Part shown: positions 47,961 through 57,171 of the stretch, in pieces
Layout: each line of letters begins with the position of its first letter
Numbering within the stretch: the stretch's first letter is position 1
DNA from: an uncultured virus (IMG/VR IMGVR_UViG_3300028895_001288)
Lineage: Duplodnaviria > Heunggongvirae > Uroviricota > Caudoviricetes
Length of the DNA stretch: 64,000 nucleotides
IMG/VR virus record: IMGVR_UViG_3300028895_001288
Reading direction: 5' to 3' (one strand)
Notes under the pieces: model-generated
The model's database searches: none
What the model was told of the DNA's origin: nothing
The model's input: only the letters and a program-made list of their open reading frames with translations
Translations under genes and position numbers: made by a program

Positions 47961-48632
47961 ATGCCGGACGGATTCGCGATCAAGGAACCGCCCAAGCAGC
48001 CGCTTGAGCAGATGAAGAAGGGCGCCGGACCGCCCTCGCAGAAGAGGGTGATCTCCGAAGAGAACACGGTGGACAGCATCCCCTTCCCGGAGACAAAGCT
48101 GGATGAGAATTCGATGCCGGCACCGGAATCCAACGAGCCGGACAAGGAGCCGGGGCCGCCGCTGCCGAAGGACGTGCCGGACGAACGCGACAAGAAGAAC
48201 TTCATGCGCGTGGTCTTCGCCAACAAGCGGTATGAGCGGACCTACAAGCTCTTCGGTGGCGGGATGACGATCACGTTCGAGGACCGGTCCACGCTCGAGA
48301 CGGAGCTGATGTACGCGCTGCTGGACAAGAAGAGCATCCCCACCGAGGAGGAGTTCGCCACGGAGCTGGAGCGTCTCCAGCTGGCGCTGCAGTTCAGGAA
48401 GCTGGACGTCAAGGGCGAGCAGCAGCCGGTGAAGATGGGCCCGCTGCCGACGGAGGAGACGGAGACGGCGCAGGAGGAGGAGCTCACGAAGCGGCTGGAG
48501 CGGATCATGAAGTTGCCGCGGCCGGTCTACCACGCGTTGATGGAGGCCAACCGCCGCTTCGAGGACCACGTGCGGTACCTGACCGACCAGGCCCTGCACG
48601 CGGATTTTTGGAAAGCCGGTGGGGGCGCCTGA
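47961..48632 (+). CDS. Putative tail assembly chaperone (G-like)
   Basis: GAGGTG RBS; acidic; ends over a GATTTTTGGAAA slippery-like site overlapping a -1-frame ORF. Confidence 0.5.
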   Translation: MPDGFAIKEPPKQPLEQMKKGAGPPSQKRVISEENTVDSIPFPETKLDENSMPAPESNEPDKEPGPPLPKDVPDERDKKNFMRVVFANKRYERTYKLFGGGMTITFEDRSTLETELMYALLDKKSIPTEEEFATELERLQLALQFRKLDVKGEQQPVKMGPLPTEETETAQEEELTKRLERIMKLPRPVYHALMEANRRFEDHVRYLTDQALHADFWKAGGGA

Positions 48633-49102
48633 TCGTACACGCTTTCCGCACCGGCGCGCTCGACTTCTCGCAGTACAGCCAGGGGGATGCCTATTGGGAG
48701 CTGAGGGAGGAGCTGGTTCTCGAAGACATCCACATGGCGTTCGACGCGAAGGTTTCGGAGCTGTCGCTGCTGTGGCACTCCTGCGCCGGTCAGCCCACGG
48801 GTTGGGAGGAGGACGAGGAGCGTGCGAACTATCACTTCAAGGAAGCGGATAAGACGTGGAAGGATGTGGGCAGGTGTCTGCTGCCTTGGTATGATCTCTT
48901 CAAGAAGCGGGAGTTGTCGGCACAGCAGTTGTGGGAGGTGTTCAAGGAGCAGGAGAAGGACCCGGCATACGCGGCCTATCTGAAGAGTGAACGGCAGCGG
49001 TTGCGGACGATGGCGCGTCGTGCCGTGGAGGGCGTGGAGGCGGAGAAGGACGCCGTCGCCGCGCTGCGTGAGCTTCGGAGGCGGTTCAGGGAGAAGCGTT
49101 GA
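48608..49102 (+). CDS. Putative frameshift extension (T-like) of the chaperone
   Basis: -1 frame relative to the upstream ORF; only a TTG start without an evident RBS. Confidence 0.5.
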   Translation: MESRWGRLIVHAFRTGALDFSQYSQGDAYWELREELVLEDIHMAFDAKVSELSLLWHSCAGQPTGWEEDEERANYHFKEADKTWKDVGRCLLPWYDLFKKRELSAQQLWEVFKEQEKDPAYAAYLKSERQRLRTMARRAVEGVEAEKDAVAALRELRRRFREKR

Positions 49103-50628
49103 TGCCCGACTTCGTATCCAAGCGCAAGGAGGACCGCAAGCGGCTCGTGAAGAGCCCCGGGCGTAAGCCTCTGTCCATCTCCCCGGTTGCGACGCCCCGA
49201 ACCAAACAGTCAAAGCGAGGACCGCTGGCCACGCTGCGCAAGCTGGCCCGCGACTTCCGCAGCGGGATAAGTGCTCTACAGAGAATGGCTTATGAGAAAG
49301 CCGCGGTGTCCGGCAAGCAACGGCCGGCCGAGAAATCGTCAACCGTGGAACATAGGAAGTTCATAACCAGAGAACACGTAAAGGATTACACCCCGTCTGC
49401 AATGTCTGCCGCAGGACGGGAGCGCCTCTACCGGGCAAACGAGGCCTCGCGCCAGGCGCCTCGTCCGGTCACGCTGCCCGAGCAGCACACGTCCCGGTCG
49501 CCTCGTCCGGTCACGCTGCCCGAGCGGAACACGGTCAAATCGTCAAAAAAGACAGAGGGTCGTCGCACTGAGGTCGTACGTGAGCGTACGCAGCGCCTGC
49601 GTGACGATCGCAAGCCTGAACATCCGATAAGACCACCCGCCATTTCACGCTCGTACAGGGCGTTTAAGCGGCCTTTACAGCGGCCTTCCGGTGCACGTGG
49701 AGAGGGCGCACGGCAGGGCGTCTTCGCATACGGACGGCAGGGGATTGTGACCTCGGCCGACCGGGAGGCCGCTCAACAAGTGCACGAGCCCTACACGGGC
49801 GCGTTCCACCAACTGCCGGCAGCGGCCCGCGTGGCTCAGGTCATCCGGGCCGACGCGCTGATCAGAAGCGGAGAGGGAAAAGAGCACCCGACCATCCGCG
49901 CGCTGGCCCAGGCCGCGCGTGAGGGGCGCAAGCGCTACGTCGCGGACGCCGATCCGGTTCACTTGCAGCAGGCATTCAACGAGGCGTTCGGCGGGGCCAC
50001 ACGAGCCGAACAAGTTCTTAGCACACCTGTGATTCACAACATGGTCGAACGACACCGTTTTGCGGTAGAATCAGTACAGCGTCGCCTTGAAACCATATCG
50101 CGGCGCGAAGCACCCGGCAGGGTGCCGAACACGGGCTCCGGGACAGTTTCTGTGCGGCGGGGGCGCGGTTCAGGTGTACGTCGGTCGGCCTCCCCCCCAC
50201 GATTGGCGTCACCTTCCGCGTCCTCGCTCCATCATACACCAGGCGGGGATGAAAGAACACACGTGCACGAACTTCGTGCACAACTCTCACACAACGACTT
50301 CGGACACCTTCCCTCCGCGGCCGACCAGGCCGAGCGGGAGGAACGCCTAAGGTCAACATCTCCATCCATATATGCGAGCAAGCAGGTTCGGACAGCGGAA
50401 ACCAAGAAGTCCGACCGGCGCGTGACGCCGCCGCAGATGCCGCAGTCAGAGAGCGGCAGGCCGTCGATGCCGGCACCCACGCGGGTCTCGAAAGCGCCCG
50501 CCTCGGCGAACCAGCAGCGCAGTCAGGACGCCAAGCCAAAGCAGAACAAGTTCACGGGCGAGTTGCGCATGGTCTCTTCCACCGGCAAGGACATCGGCCG
50601 GGCGGAAGTCGAGATGAAGGGAGGTTGA
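49102..50628 (+). CDS. Arg/Ser/Pro-rich hypothetical protein at the tape-measure position
   Basis: TGATG coupling; low complexity; contains a 42-bp-period duplication. Confidence 0.55.
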   Translation: MPDFVSKRKEDRKRLVKSPGRKPLSISPVATPRTKQSKRGPLATLRKLARDFRSGISALQRMAYEKAAVSGKQRPAEKSSTVEHRKFITREHVKDYTPSAMSAAGRERLYRANEASRQAPRPVTLPEQHTSRSPRPVTLPERNTVKSSKKTEGRRTEVVRERTQRLRDDRKPEHPIRPPAISRSYRAFKRPLQRPSGARGEGARQGVFAYGRQGIVTSADREAAQQVHEPYTGAFHQLPAAARVAQVIRADALIRSGEGKEHPTIRALAQAAREGRKRYVADADPVHLQQAFNEAFGGATRAEQVLSTPVIHNMVERHRFAVESVQRRLETISRREAPGRVPNTGSGTVSVRRGRGSGVRRSASPPRLASPSASSLHHTPGGDERTHVHELRAQLSHNDFGHLPSAADQAEREERLRSTSPSIYASKQVRTAETKKSDRRVTPPQMPQSESGRPSMPAPTRVSKAPASANQQRSQDAKPKQNKFTGELRMVSSTGKDIGRAEVEMKGG

Positions 50629-50629
50629 G

Positions 50630-51082
50630 GTGGCCGACATCTTCAACTCCCGACCGGGCGTGGTGCAGGTGATCGAGGCCGAGCAGGCCATCCCGGCGCG
50701 CCTCCGCATAGGCGGCTTCGACCCCAAGGCGGTACTGGTCAGCGGCGTCGACTACACCCAGCGCACGAACCAGCAGTTCCAGTACTCGCTGGACCGCAAC
50801 GTGTACATCTACGTGTTCGGCGACCTGATGGGCACGCTGATGGTCAGCGGGTTGGCCTTCCCCGAAACCTGCGCGGGCGAGGACGGGATCGTCGAGATCC
50901 TGGAGTTCTACCGGCAGGGGCGGGCGGCCATCAACCCGGCCACGGTCAACGTGGCCATCGGTAACGAGCTGATCGTGGGCTTCATGACGGAGGTCAGGCT
51001 GCGGGCCATGACCGGCGGGTACGACGCCGTCGCACCCACGGAGGAGTTTCACATCGGAATCAACGCGCTGCCGAGGGAATGA
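50630..51082 (+). CDS. Putative tube-initiator / baseplate protein
   Basis: Tube-like strands (YTQRTNQQFQYSL...YVFGD); GGAGG RBS with GTG start. Confidence 0.5.
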   Translation: MADIFNSRPGVVQVIEAEQAIPARLRIGGFDPKAVLVSGVDYTQRTNQQFQYSLDRNVYIYVFGDLMGTLMVSGLAFPETCAGEDGIVEILEFYRQGRAAINPATVNVAIGNELIVGFMTEVRLRAMTGGYDAVAPTEEFHIGINALPRE

Positions 51083-51867
51083 TGATCAACCACGCCAGAA
51101 CCCTCCTGCTGAACCGCAGCGGTGCGTCGCGCCCCCCGGCGGACTTCTTTCTCGAGGAGTACGTCTCGCCCGACTTCGCCCGGTTGGAGCTGCCGGACTA
51201 CCTGCAGACGCTGCATCACGCGCTGGTGGGCGAGAACGCGGACGACGCCTGGGCCAACTTCAGGATGCGGCAGTACACCACGCTCCTGCACGCGACCGAG
51301 TTCGCCTCTTATGTGCTGGATCTGGACAGCCGCGTAACCTACCTGCGTGAGAACTCCACCCTGGACGACATCGAGACGCGTACGGCGGTGCCGCTGAACG
51401 GCCTGGCCGGCACAGCCTATATTTTGGGCACGCTGGAGCCTTCATCCGGGCAACCGCGCCTGCTATATGAGTGGACCGTGGAGATGGTCATGCCCCTGCT
51501 GGCCCGCTCCAAGGACCTGCGCACGGGCACCATCCAGGACACGGTGATCACCGTGGCCGACAGCCTGAGCAGCGCTATCGCGCTGGCCGGGCAACAGGAC
51601 CTGAACGTCAAGGTGGAGGACCCCGTGCAGAACGCGGCCTGGAAGGTGTCGGTCTTCGCGGAGCCGCCGAGCGACCTGAGCGCGCTGATGGACACCCTCA
51701 AGCAGACGGGCGGCGCCACACTGGGCCGGCTGTTCGCGGGGGCGAGCCCGTACGACACGTTCAAGGAGCTGTGGGAGCGGCACCCCTTTCTGTCCTATCA
51801 ACTCAGCGGCCTCCTGTTGGCCTTCATCTACCGCGCGGAGGGCGCGAGGGTTGGCGATACGGCTTGA
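51079..51867 (+). CDS. Hypothetical tail/baseplate protein
   Basis: Operon-coupled; strong GC3 bias. Confidence 0.55.
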   Translation: MMINHARTLLLNRSGASRPPADFFLEEYVSPDFARLELPDYLQTLHHALVGENADDAWANFRMRQYTTLLHATEFASYVLDLDSRVTYLRENSTLDDIETRTAVPLNGLAGTAYILGTLEPSSGQPRLLYEWTVEMVMPLLARSKDLRTGTIQDTVITVADSLSSAIALAGQQDLNVKVEDPVQNAAWKVSVFAEPPSDLSALMDTLKQTGGATLGRLFAGASPYDTFKELWERHPFLSYQLSGLLLAFIYRAEGARVGDTA

Positions 51868-53503
51868 AAACTTCTACCGCGTCGATGTGCAGGTGCGGGC
51901 CGAGATCGGCGGGCAATCCGTGCCCGTGAACAGCGTCTCCGTGCGCTACTCGATCGACCGTATACCGGAAGCCGCTATTACCATACCAGTGGGCCGCTCA
52001 GCGCGCGGGGACGCCGTACACGTGGGTGCGGGTGTTTTCGGCACGCTGCCTCCCTTTACGTCCATGCGTATCTACGCGCTTGCTGAGGCGACGCCCGCCG
52101 GTCGCGACGCTCCGCGAAAAGGAGGATTGCCGCAAGGGGAGTTCCTTCTGTTCGATGGGTACGTGTCCGCGCCGTCCATGCATCTCGATGTTTCAGGCGG
52201 CATGGGCAGTGCCACGCTCCGTGTACAAGGTTTTGGAAGGCTGGGCGGCTTGGCTGGAGCAACCACGCTGGGCGTGGGCGTGACCTTGAACAAGCCTCCG
52301 GGCGGTACGGACGTGTTTATGAGTAGTTTTGGTCAGAACGAGAAGAACAACCACCTGACGATTACTGACCAGCTCATGAAGAAGGGGTATTACAGAGACA
52401 TCGGTGAAGCCGTTTTGGAACTGTTTGACGACGCGCTGAACGTGACCAGCGTTTGGGCCCACGATCAGCCGGGTTCGGCCAACGCTGGAGCTGCCGCGGA
52501 CCGTGCCCACGCGAGTCTGGTGTCGGGCGCCAGCTTCGACCTGCTCAAGCGCGCGTCTCAGGTCAATCAGCAGGCGTTCGGACGCATGGTGGCGGAAACA
52601 TTAGCGAATGTTTTCTGGGGCGTGTGGTCGGGCGTCGACAAAGCTGGAAACTTCTCGCCCAGCGCGGGCGGCGATTTGTGGGAAGTGATGCAGAAGCTCC
52701 AAGGCGTTTTCTACTTCCACGTCGTACCCACGGCGGCCACGGATTACATGGCGCCGATTACCCCCAACCTTGGCGGCGACCCGAACAACCTCTTCCCGGC
52801 CGGTGAATATTCCATCATAGGCGGGGGTGAGGATTTCTTTGAAGGAGGGGGCGCCCGTTACATGTACGCCTATATCACACAGGTGGGTTTGGCGGCGTCG
52901 AGTTTCCAATCCTCTCCGTGGAATGACGGTTCGTCGGTAACCGGGCGCGTAGGGTACGCGAACTTGTCGTTGGGCGATGAAGACTTCGTGTTGGACGGTG
53001 GGCGCATCTTCATGTGCGGTTCACCGCCGTGGCTCATACCTGCCGGTTCACAAGCCAAGGACACACTGAATCCGTTCAAGGGCATCAGCGACGCGGCAGG
53101 TTCCGGCGGTTGGTTTAGCAGTGGCAAGCGGGCGTCGGAAATCGCCATGTTCGGTTCAACGCTGGGTGACCGTGTCGCCAGAACCATCCTGCATGAGCTG
53201 GTCTTTGAGCACCGTAAGCTTGCCGTTGCCGGCCGCCTGCGCACGGACGTGGCACCCGGCAACATCGTACGAGTTACGCTGCCCGCGGAAGGGTTCATCG
53301 GTCAACCCGGTGACAACCTGTATGGGATGGCAAGCGATGTTATCCTGAGGATTATGACTCAGGAAGGCGGCAGTTTGGCGCGAACGGAGGTGGGCATTTC
53401 GCACCTGCGCACCGAAAGCGAGCACGAACGCCTCACGTTGGACGAACACCCCGTATACGGGGAGACTTGGTCGGGCGTGCCGTTAGTCGTGGAGGAGAGC
53501 TGA
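51851..53503 (+). CDS. Putative baseplate hub protein
   Basis: N-terminal VSVRYSIDRIP...LLFDGYV and C-terminal GRLRTDVAPGNIVRV...G resemble hub (gpD/gp27-like) architecture. Confidence 0.5.
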   Translation: MAIRLENFYRVDVQVRAEIGGQSVPVNSVSVRYSIDRIPEAAITIPVGRSARGDAVHVGAGVFGTLPPFTSMRIYALAEATPAGRDAPRKGGLPQGEFLLFDGYVSAPSMHLDVSGGMGSATLRVQGFGRLGGLAGATTLGVGVTLNKPPGGTDVFMSSFGQNEKNNHLTITDQLMKKGYYRDIGEAVLELFDDALNVTSVWAHDQPGSANAGAAADRAHASLVSGASFDLLKRASQVNQQAFGRMVAETLANVFWGVWSGVDKAGNFSPSAGGDLWEVMQKLQGVFYFHVVPTAATDYMAPITPNLGGDPNNLFPAGEYSIIGGGEDFFEGGGARYMYAYITQVGLAASSFQSSPWNDGSSVTGRVGYANLSLGDEDFVLDGGRIFMCGSPPWLIPAGSQAKDTLNPFKGISDAAGSGGWFSSGKRASEIAMFGSTLGDRVARTILHELVFEHRKLAVAGRLRTDVAPGNIVRVTLPAEGFIGQPGDNLYGMASDVILRIMTQEGGSLARTEVGISHLRTESEHERLTLDEHPVYGETWSGVPLVVEES

Positions 53504-54201
53504 TGGACAAGGAATATGAGATCTGGAAGGGCAAGCCCAGCGACGCGAACTTCGACGCGGTGCTGAAGAAGGCCGACCCCGTCATCAACTCGGCGCTGCA
53601 GTCTTACGCTGGCGGGGACAAAGGGCTGCATTCCAGGGCGAAACTGCTGGCCGCGCGGGCGATCAAGAGCTACGACGCGACCAAGGGGACCAAGCTGCGC
53701 ACCCACCTGATGACCCAGCTGCAGCCGCTCTCCCGTACGCACCGCGAGCGCACCCAGGTCGTGCGCGTGCCCGAGCGCGTCACCGCGGACCTCTACAAGA
53801 TGAGGCAGGAGGAACAGCGCTTCAAGGATCAGTTCGGCCGCTCGGCCTCCGACAGCGAGCTGTCCTCGGCGACGGGCCTCTCCCGCAAGCGGCTCATGCA
53901 TGTGCGCAAGTTCGCCCGGGGAGAGATGGCCGAGTCGGGCCTGGTGGGGGACGAGGGCGAGATCCTGTACCCCGGCGTGTCCAAGCCGGACCCCGAGCAG
54001 GTGCTGATCGAGTACGTCCACCACGACCTGGACCCGATCGACCAGACCATCCTGGAGCATCGCTCCGGCCTGTACGGGAAGCCCGTTTTGAGCAACAATG
54101 ATATCGCGGCGCGGTTAAGATTATCGCCGGGCGCCGTATCGCAGCGGGCGGCGAAGATCGCCAAGCGGATCAGCGAGTTGCGTGACCAGGGGGTCGCCTG
54201 A
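53503..54201 (+). CDS. sigma70-family sigma factor (regions 2, 3 and 4)
   Basis: Region 2 AIKSYDATKGTKLRTH...VVRVP; region 3 FGRSASDSELSSATGLS; region 4 HTH LDPIDQTILEHRSGL...SNNDIAARLRLSPGAVSQR. Confidence 0.85.
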   Translation: MDKEYEIWKGKPSDANFDAVLKKADPVINSALQSYAGGDKGLHSRAKLLAARAIKSYDATKGTKLRTHLMTQLQPLSRTHRERTQVVRVPERVTADLYKMRQEEQRFKDQFGRSASDSELSSATGLSRKRLMHVRKFARGEMAESGLVGDEGEILYPGVSKPDPEQVLIEYVHHDLDPIDQTILEHRSGLYGKPVLSNNDIAARLRLSPGAVSQRAAKIAKRISELRDQGVA

Positions 54202-54638
54202 TGGCCATCGACAACCAGTTCGAGGACCTCGTCAACGCCCTGATCAGCGCGCAGAGCGCGGTGTCCGACGGCACGCGGGACGGCGGCCAGCGCAGGTGGA
54301 TGGACTACCTGGAGATCAAGGAGGCCGGCCAGTTCGATCTCGATGCCATCGCGGAGATCTTCTCACGGGCCGGCTTGAACGACACCTTCAGCAAGCTGAT
54401 GGGCACGGACGGGGCGCGCGTGAAGGAGTTCCACGCGTCCAAGCTGTCCAACGACTTCATGGCCGGGATGGAGCGCGACCACGTGGCCCGCGTGCGCTCA
54501 CGCGTCGCCACGATCATGCACGGCGCCTCCCGGTCCCGGGCGAACGGCAAGTCCACGGGCCCGCTGCGGCGCAACACCATTGACTTCATCACCCGCGTGG
54601 TGGACGAGGATGACGCCACGGCCAGGGCGGAGAGCTGA
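54201..54638 (+). CDS. Hypothetical protein
   Basis: TGATG coupling; strong GC3 bias. Confidence 0.65.
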   Translation: MAIDNQFEDLVNALISAQSAVSDGTRDGGQRRWMDYLEIKEAGQFDLDAIAEIFSRAGLNDTFSKLMGTDGARVKEFHASKLSNDFMAGMERDHVARVRSRVATIMHGASRSRANGKSTGPLRRNTIDFITRVVDEDDATARAES

Positions 54639-54640
54639 GC

Positions 54641-55111
54641 ATGGCCAGCACGAACTACACGGGACGGACGGTGGACCTGTTCATCTTCCAGGGGGCGCTG
54701 CCCGCCGGGGAGCAGCTGATCGAGACGGGCTTCGGCACTGCGGGCGAGGTCATCACCGGCATCCAGAAACTCGTGCAGTCGTTCACGACACTGTTCCTGA
54801 CACGCATCGGCACCGTGAAGTACAACGCCTCGCTGGGCTCGGGTTTCATCGCGGCCATCCAACGCGGGCGCATCCGCGACGAGTCGGGCGCGCGCACGGA
54901 GTTCGCGCTGGCCGCCGAGGACGTGCGCAAGATTCTGGCCGAAGATGCGGAGGCCAACAACCCGCCGGACGACGAGACGTATGCGGGCGCGGACCTGGAG
55001 AGTCTTGAATTAAACAGGGCTGAATCGTTGCTCGTGTTGAAGGTTCGCGTAAACTCCGTAGCGGGCGAGAGTCGTGAAGTTTTCCTCCCCGTGCCCCTGG
55101 CGATCAGGTAA
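54641..55111 (+). CDS. Baseplate wedge gp25/W-like protein
   Basis: GIQKLVQSF...LFLTRIGT...LGS pattern; close upstream of baseplate J. Confidence 0.65.
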   Translation: MASTNYTGRTVDLFIFQGALPAGEQLIETGFGTAGEVITGIQKLVQSFTTLFLTRIGTVKYNASLGSGFIAAIQRGRIRDESGARTEFALAAEDVRKILAEDAEANNPPDDETYAGADLESLELNRAESLLVLKVRVNSVAGESREVFLPVPLAIR

Positions 55112-55180
55112 AACGATCGCGCGGGCGCGTTACCATCTCCTAAGGCCGGCTTCATAGCCCCCGGCCGGAAAGGAGACACG

Positions 55181-55450
55181 ATGGGAGAGAAAGAAAAGGA
55201 CCCCTTGTGGTACAGGGTGTTCCTGAAACTGGCCATACTCGCGGCCATCGCGGCGTTCCTGTACGGTTTCGTGGACGGATGGGTGTCCGCACGGGCCGAA
55301 CGGCGTGAGAAGGTCATGGAGAGGATCAGGGAGGAGAACGAGCTGCGGCGCATGGAGTCCGAGCTGATGCGTCCACGCATGGGGCAGCTTCCACCCCCGC
55401 CTCCGCCCGCGTCCCCTCCGCCCGACAAGAAGGATCAGTGGATCTTCTAG
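55181..55450 (+). CDS. Small membrane protein with a poly-Pro tail
   Basis: AAAGGAG RBS; TM helix VFLKLAILAAIAAFLYGFV. Confidence 0.65.
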   Translation: MGEKEKDPLWYRVFLKLAILAAIAAFLYGFVDGWVSARAERREKVMERIREENELRRMESELMRPRMGQLPPPPPPASPPPDKKDQWIF

Positions 55451-55469
55451 GCCCGAGAGGGCTGGGCCC

Positions 55470-55495
55470 GGAAGGGCGCCCCCGGGCGCTTTTCC
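55470..55495 (+). terminator. Probable intrinsic terminator
   Basis: GGAAGGGCGCC-CCCG-GGCGCTTTTCC hairpin ending in a T-run. Confidence 0.45.
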
Positions 55496-55514
55496 ATAGC
55501 TATCAGGCAGAGCC

Positions 55515-57164
55515 ATGTCCAGCGACTTGACAATCAACGACCTCGATTCGGACGACGTCCAACAGGCGGAAGGCTTCCTGGTGGACTTCCTGGCCACGGA
55601 GTACCCGAGCCTGGACCTGACGGCCGGCAAGGTTCTGCGTGATCTTCTGATCCGCCCGAACGCGATCTTCCACTCGCTCAACCAGGAGGACATCGACCGG
55701 CTGCGCAGGTCCATGAGCCTAAAAGCCATCGAGGAGGACCCCACCCTGGCCGACGACGACATCGTCGACGGGGTGCTCTCCAACTACCGCGTGGAGCGCG
55801 GCGAGGGCACCAAGGCCGAGGGGCAGGTCACCATCATCGTCGCCACGTTCACGACGACCACCGTCAGCGTGGGCACGGTCTTCACGGCCAACGGCGTCAA
55901 CTTCGTCACCACCCAGACCTACAGCGGCGTGACGACGGCCGACGCCGTGGTCTCGGACCAGCAGAAGGAGATCCAGCCCAGGAGCGACGGCACGTACGGT
56001 TTCACGATCCCCGTGGAGGCCGAGGAGGTGGGCGCCGTGGAGGTGCGGCGCAGCACGCGCTTCGCCGTGGTGCCCGAACCGGCGGGCCTGGTGGACGCCG
56101 TCGCGGCGGAGGACTTCTCGGGCGGCTCGGACACCGAGACCAACTCGGAGCTGATCGAGCGGTTCAAACTGGGGATCTCCCCGTCCACGTTCGCCGGCCG
56201 CGTGCACATCCAGTCGCTGCTGCGGGAGGAGGTCCCGAACCTGCAGGCCAGTTCCATCACCGGCTTCGGCGACCCCGAGATGCTGCGGGACCGCCACAAC
56301 ATCTTCGCCGTGTCGCAGGGCGGCAAGGCCGACATCTGGGCCCGGACGGGCACGCTGCCCACCACCCGCACGCTGACCAAGACGGCCACCCTGATCGACG
56401 CGGACAGCAAGACGTGGCAGGTTTCGATCCTGCGGGACGACGCGCCGGGCTTCTACACCGTGCCGTTCATCCTCCCGGAAGGGGCCGGCACGGACGAGAA
56501 CACCTTTGAGATCACCGCGGAGACGCGGGGGATGGACCTGACCGCCGAGACGGGGGCGTTCGTGCCGGACGTGGACGACCTCGTCGAGGGCGGCTACTCG
56601 CGGTACCAGACGGCGGTGCTGCAGTTCGTCGACCCGGACACGGACACCTCGGGCCTGACCGAGCACGAGTCCACCCAGACGGTCCAGGTGGGCGTGCTGG
56701 CGTTGCCCGACATCGACACGCTGCAGGCCCTGTCCAACGACCGGGACCGCCGCAACCCGCAGGCCGACTACCTGGTCAAGGCGCCGGTGCCGGCCTTCGT
56801 GGCGATCACGCTGACGGTCCAGTACAAGACCGACACCGAGGCGCCGGACGCCGACGCGATCAAGGAGTCGATCGCCGGCCGGGTCAACGACCTGGGCTTC
56901 GAGGTGGGCAAGCTGCCCTCCAGCATGGTCTACGACGCCGTACACAATGCCACTTCCGAGCTGGACGCGCTGGTGGTCGCGCCCATCGACATGTTCTGCC
57001 AGATCCGCAGGCCCGACGGGACCGTCGTCTCCATCCGCGACGGGAACGAGATCAGGATTCCCGACGAGCCGGAGCTGGGCGTGACCTCCCGCACGACGAT
57101 GTTCTACGTGGACGTGAGCGACATTGACGTGACCGTCGAACCGCTGCCGGTGCTGCCGGCGTGA
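55515..57164 (+). CDS. Baseplate J-like wedge protein
   Basis: DLTAGKVLRDLLIRP, GTKAEGQV, GTVF, GGSDTETNSELIER (baseplate J signature). Confidence 0.8.
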   Translation: MSSDLTINDLDSDDVQQAEGFLVDFLATEYPSLDLTAGKVLRDLLIRPNAIFHSLNQEDIDRLRRSMSLKAIEEDPTLADDDIVDGVLSNYRVERGEGTKAEGQVTIIVATFTTTTVSVGTVFTANGVNFVTTQTYSGVTTADAVVSDQQKEIQPRSDGTYGFTIPVEAEEVGAVEVRRSTRFAVVPEPAGLVDAVAAEDFSGGSDTETNSELIERFKLGISPSTFAGRVHIQSLLREEVPNLQASSITGFGDPEMLRDRHNIFAVSQGGKADIWARTGTLPTTRTLTKTATLIDADSKTWQVSILRDDAPGFYTVPFILPEGAGTDENTFEITAETRGMDLTAETGAFVPDVDDLVEGGYSRYQTAVLQFVDPDTDTSGLTEHESTQTVQVGVLALPDIDTLQALSNDRDRRNPQADYLVKAPVPAFVAITLTVQYKTDTEAPDADAIKESIAGRVNDLGFEVGKLPSSMVYDAVHNATSELDALVVAPIDMFCQIRRPDGTVVSIRDGNEIRIPDEPELGVTSRTTMFYVDVSDIDVTVEPLPVLPA

Positions 57165-57171
57165 GGATGCC

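Noticed and set aside
49457..49525. 27-bp direct repeat with 42-bp period
   Set aside because: Simple in-frame duplication (PRPVTLPE twice) in a low-complexity protein
53560..53580. KKA near the sigma factor N-terminus as a cleavage site
   Set aside because: Falls inside the predicted folded region and lacks the leader context; single K-x-A hits are common by chance
41308..57164. Bacterial contractile injection system or tailocin rather than a phage
   Set aside because: Head genes (protease, scaffold, capsid, adaptor) and a dedicated RNAP are linked to the tail module
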